DNA of 64,000 nucleotides from Candidatus Nomurabacteria bacterium (GTDB lineage: Bacteria; Patescibacteriota; Minisyncoccia; Phycocordibacterales; CAIZLB01). Below the pieces are notes generated by a model that was given only the letters and a program-made list of their open reading frames with translations, did not search any database and was not told where the DNA came from. This document shows, in pieces, positions 1 to 8,017 of this stretch. The stretch is from positions 290-64,289 of the forward strand of contig CALRFG010000004.1 in NCBI GenBank assembly GCA_943356525.1. Direction: 5' to 3'. The stretch's first letter is position 1. Each line of letters begins with the position of its first letter. Both the position numbers and the translations under genes were made by a program.

Positions 1-19
1 AAAGGATATGGTCTAAAGT

Positions 20-165
20 CGATCAAGTGAAAAGAACCCGTCATGGGGTTTTGCTTGATCGCCGTATCGGGAAACTGGTACGAAGGACCTCGGTCCTTAC
101 CCGTGATGGGCTTTTTCTATATAACAAAAAAACCACACGATTACTCATTAAGCCGATCAAGCAAA
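20..165 (+). ncRNA. Candidate structured cis-regulatory/antisense RNA (alternative pairings, GNRA hairpin)
   Basis: Hairpin 63-82 has a GAAA loop and two G-U pairs; hairpin 83-98; stem 37-47/100-110 with G-U pairs. Segment 50-61 is perfectly complementary to 154-165 and also pairs with 20-32. Confidence 0.55.
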
Positions 166-168
166 TTT

Positions 169-648
169 ATGAATAATAAAACAAAAGAAAACACCGACCA
201 ACAAAAGTTAAGTACGGTATTTTCTGGAATAGCAGGAGAATATTTTGTAGCCGCAGAATTATCACGTAGAGGATATATTGCATCTATAACTTTACGTAAT
301 ACTGACGGCGTAGATGTTCTTTGTGCTAATAAACAAACAACAAGATCAGTCGGAATACAAGTTAAAACAAATCGTGGTTCGAATAGAAGTTGGTTGATGA
401 ATCAGAAGGCGGAAGATTATATGTCAGATAATTTATTTTACATTTTTGTAAATTTAAATGACAACTTAAAACCACCTGAGTACTTTATAGTACCCAGTAA
501 GATTGCTTCTAAATACGTAAAAGAATCTCATTCCAATTGGCTTGAGGCTACAGGTAAAAACGGAAAGATACACAAAGACGGAAACATGAGAAAGTTTACT
601 GATTTAAAGGAGGATTTTTTGAATCGTTGGGACTTGTTGGGTCTGTAG
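169..648 (+). CDS. PD-(D/E)XK family endonuclease
   Basis: Motifs GIAGEYFVAAELSRRG...GVDVL...GIQVKT. Start moved to ATG 169 because the upstream part of the ORF overlaps the structured RNA. Confidence 0.7.
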   Translation: MNNKTKENTDQQKLSTVFSGIAGEYFVAAELSRRGYIASITLRNTDGVDVLCANKQTTRSVGIQVKTNRGSNRSWLMNQKAEDYMSDNLFYIFVNLNDNLKPPEYFIVPSKIASKYVKESHSNWLEATGKNGKIHKDGNMRKFTDLKEDFLNRWDLLGL

Positions 649-1054
649 AATCAACATCCTCATCTTCATCATTTTCTTTTTCATCTTCCTTTTTCTCATC
701 TTTTTCACATTCAAGATCACCGTGACAGATGTTATCAACAGGTTTTAGTTTGCTATCTTCTGGTGTATCAGGTTTCTTTGGTTTGTATCTTGGATCACGA
801 TTTTTTAACTGAAACTCAATTGCTCGTGGATCACCTTTGTTGATATTGGTAACTAATTTACTATGGGCAAGATCACATAGTGATAGATTACCCATTTCCA
901 TAGCTAGGTTTACTTTTTCTGCAAAGTTTGGATCAGTTAACATCCATCTATAAAAGCTATTACGAGATAATCCTACTCTTTCACAAGCGGAAGAAACATT
1001 TTCCGTTTTTTCAATCTCTTCAATTAGTCTTTGTTCTAATCTAAGCTTTTTCAT
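596..1054 (-). CDS. Phage-type helix-turn-helix protein (terminase small subunit/phBC6A51-like)
   Basis: NVSSACERVGLSRNSFYRW HTH followed by AIEFQLKNR; overlaps the upstream methylase gene; acidic tail. Confidence 0.6.
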   Translation of the reverse strand: MKKLRLEQRLIEEIEKTENVSSACERVGLSRNSFYRWMLTDPNFAEKVNLAMEMGNLSLCDLAHSKLVTNINKGDPRAIEFQLKNRDPRYKPKKPDTPEDSKLKPVDNICHGDLECEKDEKKEDEKENDEDEDVDSTDPTSPNDSKNPPLNQ

Positions 1055-2324
1055 CTTCTCTTATTATCTTTGCTTTAATTCCAGTAAGTTTTTCAAACCT
1101 TCTTATAGCAAGATCACAGAAAATTGGTTCAAGCTCGACAGCATAAACTTTTCTTTTTAACATTTCACCTGCAATCAATGTGCTAGCTGATCCTGAAAAA
1201 GAATCCAAAATAATATCATCGACTTTAGTACATCTGCGAATTGCTTTCTCATGAAGTTCTGGTGGTTTAGAAGTGGCATGTTCGTAATCTTTACTTGATA
1301 GTCTCTTGCAGAGCCATAAGTCAATTTGGTCTAACATCTCATTTCCTGTACCTATGTCTTTATTCATGACCTCATTTAGATTCTGAATATCTTTTGCAAT
1401 ATAGGGACTATTTCTTGACCCATAGACACAAGGTTCATAGCATTTGTTAAACGGTGAATTAGGGGTTGGGTTGTGTCCATTCTTAATCCAAAGACAGACA
1501 CGTTTATTGTCTATGTTGTTATCCCTATATACATTTTGCACCATTCCTATGTAAGTCTGATCGCAATAATAGAAGACATGCGTTTCTTTTTTACATACTG
1601 ACAGAGCATTTCTAAGACTATCACTTAACAATTTTTTATACTCAGCATCTGAGCGATTATCACTAACATTTATTCCAGAATTATAATTTTTCTTTCCTCC
1701 AACCCCTCCGTTATAGTTCAAGTTTATGTTGTAAACTGGATCCGAATAGATCATGCTTGCTTTTTCATCACCAAATAATTTTTTAAGTACTTCTGAATCA
1801 GTGGAATCACCACAGATTAGTTTATGTCTTCCTAAACAAATAATATCCCCAAGTTTTGTTTGAGGTTCTTTGATTTGTGCTAATTCTTTCTTTACATCAA
1901 ACTTTTCTTCCTTAACTTCTAAATCATTGTTCCATGCTTTTGATAAATCAATTTGATCGAATCCTATATCTATTAAGAGATCTAATTCAAATGATTTTAA
2001 TAATTCAAAATCCCATGATCCTGTATTTTTATTTAATCTGATATTCAATTCTTTCTCTTTTTCAATATCTGGAATGTTTAAATAAACCACAGGTAGGGTT
2101 GTGTACCCAAGTTCCTTTGCCACTTTGTATCTAAAGTGACCACCTATGATAATATTTTTTCTATCAGGTGCACTGTTACAGATTATAGGATCGACCAGTC
2201 CAAATCTTTTAATTGATTCTTTTAGCTTGTTTGATTGTTCCATTGTGTGAGTTCTAGGATTATAGTCAGCCAGTCTTAATACGCCCGTTGAGATATACTC
2301 AACAGTAATGTTGTCTTTATTCAT
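1041..2324 (-). CDS. ParB-N domain fused to N6/N4 DNA methyltransferase
   Basis: N-terminal YNPR...GLVDPII...IIGGHFR (ParB/Srx). C-terminal HKLICGDST, DPVY, HATSKP, ILDSFSGSASTLIA. Confidence 0.85.
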   Translation of the reverse strand: MNKDNITVEYISTGVLRLADYNPRTHTMEQSNKLKESIKRFGLVDPIICNSAPDRKNIIIGGHFRYKVAKELGYTTLPVVYLNIPDIEKEKELNIRLNKNTGSWDFELLKSFELDLLIDIGFDQIDLSKAWNNDLEVKEEKFDVKKELAQIKEPQTKLGDIICLGRHKLICGDSTDSEVLKKLFGDEKASMIYSDPVYNINLNYNGGVGGKKNYNSGINVSDNRSDAEYKKLLSDSLRNALSVCKKETHVFYYCDQTYIGMVQNVYRDNNIDNKRVCLWIKNGHNPTPNSPFNKCYEPCVYGSRNSPYIAKDIQNLNEVMNKDIGTGNEMLDQIDLWLCKRLSSKDYEHATSKPPELHEKAIRRCTKVDDIILDSFSGSASTLIAGEMLKRKVYAVELEPIFCDLAIRRFEKLTGIKAKIIREDEKA

Positions 2325-2509
2325 TATTTTATTTTAATTAACTAATAAGTGCGTTTCTAAAGCATAATGGCAAACGCGGACATCTGGTGACCCAGCACTC
2401 CTAGAGAAGATCTCTATACCTCTGGCATTCCATATGGGTATTATATGTTGATAAAAAACTAAAAAGCAACAAGAAAAAAAATTGTGGATAATTCCAAATG
2501 ACCCTTATT

Positions 2510-2545
2510 TGGTATACACCATTTAATTATTCGGTATGCACCATA
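2510..2545. promoter_or_regulatory. Two imperfect palindromic direct repeats (possible operator pair)
   Basis: GGTATACACCAT at 2511 and GGTATGCACCAT at 2533, 22 bp apart, upstream of the methylase promoter (minus-strand -10 TATAAT at 2440-2445). Confidence 0.35.
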
Positions 2546-2559
2546 TAAACTAAGATTTA

Positions 2560-3494
2560 CGTATTCTAACCAATAGCTTGGACGCAGTTACTTAATAATT
2601 GATTTGGTGTTTTGAGGTTGATGCCGAGATGTAATCGCTCACAGTTGTAGTATCTCAAATATTTCTTGAGAGCACAATTAATGACATCAACTTTAATTTC
2701 TAATCTATCAAGACACTCTTCTTGGAGGGTTCTGTTGTATCTCTCAATATGTGCATTGTCATTAGGCTTACCGACTCTGGTGTATCTGTGATTTTTTCCT
2801 GATCTATCTATGAACCATCGACCAAACTCAGGACCGTGATCTGATTGCAACATGTTAAAGTTGAACCTTGAATGTCTCTGTGCTTCTTTCATAAAACTTA
2901 CACATATATCACTACTCATTTTTTGATAACACTTTGCATATGACCATCTTGAGTAGACATCGATTAATGTAAACACATATATTCGAGTCTTTGGTCCTGT
3001 CATGAGGTGTATTGTATCCATTTGTACCAAGTCTCCTGGCTTAAGTGGATATGGACGGTCTACAGGTGGATGATATCTTTTCCATGGACTTTTCTTTTTG
3101 AGTAAACCATTTCTGTCCAATGTTCTCTTAACTGATGAGAGTGATACTTTAATTCCTTCATTCTCTAGGTCTTTTTGTACAACCTCTGAACATCTATTTC
3201 TCTCAAGTCTTTTTTTAAATATCTTCCAAACTATTTCATCACTCAATTGTTGTGGGTGATGTTTAGGTCGGGACGATAATGTTGGTATATTGTGATATGG
3301 ATAGTTTCCTGACTTCTTAACCCATTTAGATATTGTACTTGAACCTACTCCATATCTTCTTCCTACCTCTCTTGTGGTGTGTCCTTGTTTGATCATGAGT
3401 ACTGCGTCTTTGCGTACTTTAGGCATATGTGGGTTTTGTGTATATGACATGTTTGTATTTTACCTTTTTGCGTCCAAGCTAGTGAACCATTACG
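2560..3494 (-). mobile_element. IS481-family insertion sequence, complete (935 bp)
   Basis: Imperfect terminal IRs CGTA...TAGCTTGGACGCA with a 13-bp perfect core (2574-2586 / 3469-3481). A 6-bp direct repeat GATTTA lies at 2554-2559 and 3495-3500. Confidence 0.9.
2566..3450 (-). CDS. IS481-family DDE transposase (rve integrase core)
   Basis: N-terminal HTH; VQMDT, IDVYSR, QSDHGPEF, NAHIERYNRTLQEE, YNCERLHLG. Confidence 0.92.
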   Translation of the reverse strand: MSYTQNPHMPKVRKDAVLMIKQGHTTREVGRRYGVGSSTISKWVKKSGNYPYHNIPTLSSRPKHHPQQLSDEIVWKIFKKRLERNRCSEVVQKDLENEGIKVSLSSVKRTLDRNGLLKKKSPWKRYHPPVDRPYPLKPGDLVQMDTIHLMTGPKTRIYVFTLIDVYSRWSYAKCYQKMSSDICVSFMKEAQRHSRFNFNMLQSDHGPEFGRWFIDRSGKNHRYTRVGKPNDNAHIERYNRTLQEECLDRLEIKVDVINCALKKYLRYYNCERLHLGINLKTPNQLLSNCVQAIG

Positions 3495-3903
3495 GATTTA
3501 TTGACAATATGTAACATCTTGTTTTATGATTATTCTAAAATAGAAAAGATAGATTCTTTATCTAATCTAGAATTTTTAAAACCAAATTAACTTGCCTCAC
3601 ATCTTTGTTATTTAGTAAATTTGACAACGACCAAGTTTAAAATGTTTCTTTAAATATTGATTACTTTGAGTATATACTTTACATTTTATGTTTTTATGGT
3701 TTACCGTATTTTATATGTTAAAAAACCGGACAAAATAAGGATAAAGAGTATAATGGAAAATGAAATAAGCTCAAGATATTTCTATCCTGAACTTATTTCG
3801 AACAATTTATTAGAAAATCTTAAAAAAACCGTAAGGTTTGGTCGAGAGTTCCTATTACTACTGTAACAGGTTGTAATAGGATAAATCAACTACTTATCAA
3901 CAT

Positions 3904-4044
3904 ATGGCCAAAAACGAACATACAAGTAAACGTGTTGCTAAAATTGCAAGCAAATTACTTAAGAGTCCTAATAGTACTCAGAAAGTTAAGTCTGTTTCTG
4001 CCAGTGCTTTAACACAGACCAGAAATAAAACAAAAAGAAAGTAA
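3904..4044 (+). CDS. Small basic protein (46 aa, not in ORF track)
   Basis: MAKNEHTSKRVAKIASKLLKSPNSTQKVKSVSASALTQTRNKTKRK; followed by a terminator; resembles a widespread small-protein type as I recall it. Confidence 0.6.
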   Translation: MAKNEHTSKRVAKIASKLLKSPNSTQKVKSVSASALTQTRNKTKRK

Positions 4045-4086
4045 TTTTCAAAAACCGAAGATTCGAATGAATCGAAAGTCTAAATA

Positions 4087-4124
4087 AAAATAAAAAGCAC
4101 TCAGAAATGGGTGCTTTTTATTTT
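4087..4124. terminator. Bidirectional intrinsic terminator
   Basis: AAAATAAAAAGCACTCA-GAAA-TGGGTGCTTTTTATTTT between convergent genes. Confidence 0.8.
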
Positions 4125-4142
4125 ACTAATTTAAAAAGTGGG

Positions 4143-4430
4143 TTAGTTTGAATCTGGTTTTATAATTTTTGCTTTTACTAGCTGATCATAAATGTATGAT
4201 GCGTGAGCATATCCTATCTTGTGTTTTCTTTGTAACCAACTTGTCGATATTTTTGATATTTTTCCTTGTTTTATTAACTCATCAATTTGAGCAAGTCTTT
4301 CTGGTAATTCGTAATCATTACAAATTGCTGTAATGTTATCAGATATTACTTGTAAAGATTCTGCGGTTTCTCGTAGTGTTTTTATAAGTACCTTATCTGA
4401 CTGCTTTTTTATAGTTGTTGTTTTAGGCAT
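4143..4430 (-). CDS. Stand-alone FtsK gamma (winged-helix) domain protein
   Basis: ISTSWLQRKHKIGYAHASYIYDQL matches the FtsK-gamma pattern S.S.LQR...IGY.RA...D.L. Confidence 0.75.
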   Translation of the reverse strand: MPKTTTIKKQSDKVLIKTLRETAESLQVISDNITAICNDYELPERLAQIDELIKQGKISKISTSWLQRKHKIGYAHASYIYDQLVKAKIIKPDSN

Positions 4431-4487
4431 ATAGAAATTATAGCAGAAATATGACGATGTTGGGGTATGTGAATTTGCCCTTATTTC

Positions 4488-6011
4488 ATGTATATTAATC
4501 CTATGATCATATCAAAAACCAGCTTCTTAACTTTTCTCGATTGTTCTAAAAACGCTTGGATTAAGATTCATAAACCAGAGATATTTAAACAATATCCACT
4601 GTCATCATTCGAGCAGAATATTATAGATACAGGTAACAATATAGATGTAATGGCTAGGAGTCTTTTTCCTAACGGAGTTCTGGTTGAATCACGAGAAGAT
4701 ACCGAACTTACTGATAAACTAATTGCTAATAAAACCCCTGTAATATACCAGCCAGTTTTTGCCACAGATAAGTTTATAACTGCACTTGATATTTTGGTAT
4801 GGAATACTGATACAAATGTGTATGACTTGTATGAGGTAAAATCTTCAACTTCATCAGAAGAAAATGGTGGGAGAAAAACAGAAGACTATCTTATTGATAT
4901 AGCTTTTCAGAAAAATATACTTGATGAACTAGGTGTTGAAATAGGTACAACAAATCTTATTCGAGTTAACAAAGAATATGTAAGAAATGGTGAAATAAAT
5001 GTAAGAAGTTTTTTTCTGATCGAAGATGTAACTGAAGAAGTAAACGCAAAACTAGGGGAAGTTAAATCAAAAATGGAAGTTGCTAGTGAAGTAATCTCAA
5101 ACCCAAAAGAACCAGTTGGTCATTGCGATTGTATTTTGAAAGGAAAAAAATCACATTGTACAACTTCAAAGTATTCAATTCCTGATTTACCTCAATATCC
5201 TGTTCATGCTATATCGCGAATAAATAAGAAAAAGTTAATTGAGTTAGTTGATAACAATATATTCAGCATATTTGATGTACCAAAAGATTTTGTTCTATCT
5301 GAAAACCAAAGAAGACAAGTTGACACCGCTCAATCTGATAAAGAATATATAAGTGTAAATGAAATTACTGATTTTCTGAGTACAATGAAATATCCTTTAT
5401 GTTTTCTTGATTACGAAACTTATCCATCAGCTGTACCTAAATATGATGGATTTAAACCATATCAACAAATTCCATTTCAGTTCTCATTACATGTGATTGA
5501 AGCTCCTAATGGCGAATCTGTTCATTATGATTTTATTTACACAGATACAGAGTGTCCTGATAAGTATTTTGCAGAAGCTTTAAAAAAACATTTACCAGAT
5601 ATTGGTAGTGTTGTGGTTTGGAATCAAGGTTTTGAGAAAGGAATAAATAAACAGATTGCTGAACATTTACCCGAGTACTCAGAATTTATGGATAAAGTTA
5701 ACATTAGGGTTGTAGATCTAATGATTCCTTTTTATGGAAAGACAACAATGTACGATCATCCAAAGTTTAAAGGAAGTGCTTCTATAAAATATGTGTTGCC
5801 AGCTTTAGTGCCACATTTGTCTTACAAAAATATGCACATACAGGAAGGTGGTACAGCATCTGATACTTGGAATCGAATCGTATCTCAAGAATACACTGAC
5901 AGTGAAAAAAACATCAAAATACAGGCATTAAAAGATTACTGTCATCTTGATACATTAGCTATGGTTGAGATATGGAGGGCTTTATATGTTGTTGAATCTG
6001 ATTCAAGGTAA
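4488..6011 (+). CDS. DUF2779-like protein: Cas4-like PD-(D/E)XK domain plus RNase H-like exonuclease domain
   Basis: SKTSF...C, LDIL...YEVKSS, Cys cluster HCDC...HC, FLDYET, QQIPFQFSLH, GSASIKYVLP, YCHLDTLAM. Start may be 4503. Confidence 0.75.
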   Translation: MYINPMIISKTSFLTFLDCSKNAWIKIHKPEIFKQYPLSSFEQNIIDTGNNIDVMARSLFPNGVLVESREDTELTDKLIANKTPVIYQPVFATDKFITALDILVWNTDTNVYDLYEVKSSTSSEENGGRKTEDYLIDIAFQKNILDELGVEIGTTNLIRVNKEYVRNGEINVRSFFLIEDVTEEVNAKLGEVKSKMEVASEVISNPKEPVGHCDCILKGKKSHCTTSKYSIPDLPQYPVHAISRINKKKLIELVDNNIFSIFDVPKDFVLSENQRRQVDTAQSDKEYISVNEITDFLSTMKYPLCFLDYETYPSAVPKYDGFKPYQQIPFQFSLHVIEAPNGESVHYDFIYTDTECPDKYFAEALKKHLPDIGSVVVWNQGFEKGINKQIAEHLPEYSEFMDKVNIRVVDLMIPFYGKTTMYDHPKFKGSASIKYVLPALVPHLSYKNMHIQEGGTASDTWNRIVSQEYTDSEKNIKIQALKDYCHLDTLAMVEIWRALYVVESDSR

Positions 6012-6013
6012 TT

Positions 6014-6751
6014 TTATTCAAAAACATAAGAAATAAATTCTTTGCCAAATCTTGATTCTTTGAACCCTGGTCCATCCGTGTTAAATGTTGTATCGGTGAT
6101 ATTTAGTACAAGACCTAAACCAGATAGTCTTGTTAAGACCTCTAATGTGTAGTTGTGATCCTCGAACTCTTTTAATCCTTTTATTTTATTTAAGAGCAAG
6201 TCTCCAATTTGACCAACATTTAAACCCACTTCAGATCTCCTCTCTACTTCATGATCTTCCATTTCAGGAAACTGATCTTTATACCATTGATCTACTGTTT
6301 TGTCTGAAAAAGTTTTAATAACCTCTATATCCTCAATAGAGAGTTGTTCTAATGTATTGAGATATCTCTCTAACTTAAAGCTGTCTTTGTTTTCTTCTTT
6401 GGAAAATCCTAAAAATATATTTTTAATTATTTTTCTTTTTTCTTTAATTCTCTCGCTCAGATATTTTTGAAATGTATGAACGAATCCGTCTTGAAATTCT
6501 TCTGAAGATAGAATGTCTCTGGTAAAAATTTTGGGATTATCTCTTATCATTTCAACAAATTCAATCGCCCTATCTTGGCGAATTTGAATACCTGCACCAT
6601 ATAGTCCTTTTGACAAACCCCAAGCTATACCAAAAACAGGCGCACCTCCATACATTGAATTATCGATCGCGGCCACAATGCTATCAGCAGTAGCAACTGC
6701 AACATTTTTAAGGATAATTTTATCTTTTTTCTCATCATATGATTGATCCAT
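6014..6751 (-). CDS. Hypothetical protein (Abi-alpha/DUF4393-like helical protein)
   Basis: 245-aa ORF; overall pattern reminiscent of island-borne helical proteins; family call is weak. Confidence 0.45.
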   Translation of the reverse strand: MDQSYDEKKDKIILKNVAVATADSIVAAIDNSMYGGAPVFGIAWGLSKGLYGAGIQIRQDRAIEFVEMIRDNPKIFTRDILSSEEFQDGFVHTFQKYLSERIKEKRKIIKNIFLGFSKEENKDSFKLERYLNTLEQLSIEDIEVIKTFSDKTVDQWYKDQFPEMEDHEVERRSEVGLNVGQIGDLLLNKIKGLKEFEDHNYTLEVLTRLSGLGLVLNITDTTFNTDGPGFKESRFGKEFISYVFE

Positions 6752-6887
6752 AATTGAATAATATCATTTTTAGCAATTTAATTAAATGTGAGAAATCTGT
6801 CACTTTTGTCACTTTTTATAGCTCTCGAGAAGGGTCGATTCAACATTTAAAAAACACTAGAAATAACCTTACTGGGCAATGAACCCT

Positions 6888-6915
6888 TTGGTTCTATCTC
6901 GAGAAGGCTCACCAT
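6888..6915 (+). repeat. 28-bp direct repeat, copy 1 (tRNA 3'-fragment-like att site)
   Basis: TTGGTTCTATCTCGAGAAGGCTCACCAT, identical to 7756-7783. Confidence 0.85.
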
Positions 6916-6989
6916 TTAGATAGGTGGTGAAAGTGCTCGAGAGGGGTCTAATTTTTATTAAAATAATTGATTATGATATAATTCATTGC

Positions 6990-7739
6990 ATGAACATACA
7001 AAAAGGTTTCGTAAATATTTTATTAATTTTATTAGGTTTATTAATCGTCAGTGGTGGTGGGTATTTTTTTCTTAAAAATAATTCAATAAAAGAAAAACTT
7101 CAAAATGATGAGGTTAAAAAAGAGACAGAATTACCTGCCATAGATAATGATCAAATAAAAAACTCTACAACAAGTGATATGTATCAGAATGGAAAATATC
7201 CCGGAATAATTAAATCAGTTTATTTGGACAATAAAGGGAAAGTGCTTATCGATGTAGATTTTTATCAAGGTTTTAGTGGTAAACAGGCTTTTCTCGAGCT
7301 GGCTAAAGACCTTTACTATAGTGAAAAAAATAAAAATACAAATTGGGATGAATTTAAAACAAAATATCCAACATACTTAGAGTTAGAAAGATTCGTCAAC
7401 ACAATGAACGAAGAGAGGTTTGATGATTATTATAGTGAGCTAACATGGAAAGATAATGAACGTTCTTTGGCAGACGATAAACGTAGGATTCTTATAGCTG
7501 GTAATTTTCCAAATGGTATGATTTATAATAAAAATGAAAGTACAAAAATTAGAACCTTTCCTTTAGATAAAAATACAACCATATCTATAGATCTTACATC
7601 TCCAGAAACAGGAATTGATAGCTTTGAAATTAATCAATCTCAGTTTATTGAAAAATTTAAATTACGTGCTCAGGATGAATTTATGATAGATATCGAAAAT
7701 GGAGTTGTTAAAAATATTGTTTCAATATTTAGACCGTAG
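6990..7739 (+). CDS. Exported/membrane-anchored protein with pilin-like (QKGF) N-terminus
   Basis: MNIQKGF followed by a hydrophobic helix; TGnTATAAT promoter 7 nt upstream of ATG 6990. Confidence 0.7.
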   Translation: MNIQKGFVNILLILLGLLIVSGGGYFFLKNNSIKEKLQNDEVKKETELPAIDNDQIKNSTTSDMYQNGKYPGIIKSVYLDNKGKVLIDVDFYQGFSGKQAFLELAKDLYYSEKNKNTNWDEFKTKYPTYLELERFVNTMNEERFDDYYSELTWKDNERSLADDKRRILIAGNFPNGMIYNKNESTKIRTFPLDKNTTISIDLTSPETGIDSFEINQSQFIEKFKLRAQDEFMIDIENGVVKNIVSIFRP

Positions 7740-7755
7740 ATAAATACAATTTACC

Positions 7756-7783
7756 TTGGTTCTATCTCGAGAAGGCTCACCAT
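7756..7783 (+). repeat. 28-bp direct repeat, copy 2 (tRNA 3'-fragment-like att site)
   Basis: Identical to 6888-6915; ends in ...CACCA. Confidence 0.85.
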
Positions 7784-7843
7784 GTCGTGCACTAGTTTTA
7801 GGACTATTGTATTTTAAATATTTAATCATGCTACAATAATCAC

Positions 7844-8017
7844 ATGTCAAAAAACCACATCGAAAACTCCGGTAAACCTTATACAAAAGAGGAGATAGCA
7901 AAGCTCAAAGTTCTTACTAAAACAAAAACTCCCATGAAAGACATCTGCCTTGCCTTAGGTCGCTCTGGTGGAAGTATTAAAAATATAGCTGAGAAAAATG
8001 GTATTAGTTTAAAATAA
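7844..8017 (+). CDS. Small HTH-like protein (57 aa, not in ORF track)
   Basis: MSKNHIENSGKPYTKEEIAKLK...LALGRSGGSIKNIAEKNGISLK; TGCTACAAT promoter 6 nt upstream. Confidence 0.65.
   Translation: MSKNHIENSGKPYTKEEIAKLKVLTKTKTPMKDICLALGRSGGSIKNIAEKNGISLK

Noticed and set aside
1-120. 3' end of a group I intron (AAGGATATGGTCTAA resembles the S element, followed by GNRA hairpins and an endonuclease)
   Set aside because: The catalytic core and host exon are not visible and the match to AAGAUAUAGUC is imperfect; kept only as an alternative reading of the RNA finding.
43-168. N-terminal extension of the first ORF
   Set aside because: It overlaps the structured RNA; ATG 169 gives a typical nuclease start.
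3657-3866. 69-aa ORF
   Set aside because: TTG start in very AT-rich promoter-like DNA, with no recognisable motif.
6821-6950. CRISPR array or complete tRNA at the CTCGAGA repeats
   Set aside because: Spacing is irregular, there are no cas genes, and no D-arm, anticodon arm or 5' acceptor strand is present.
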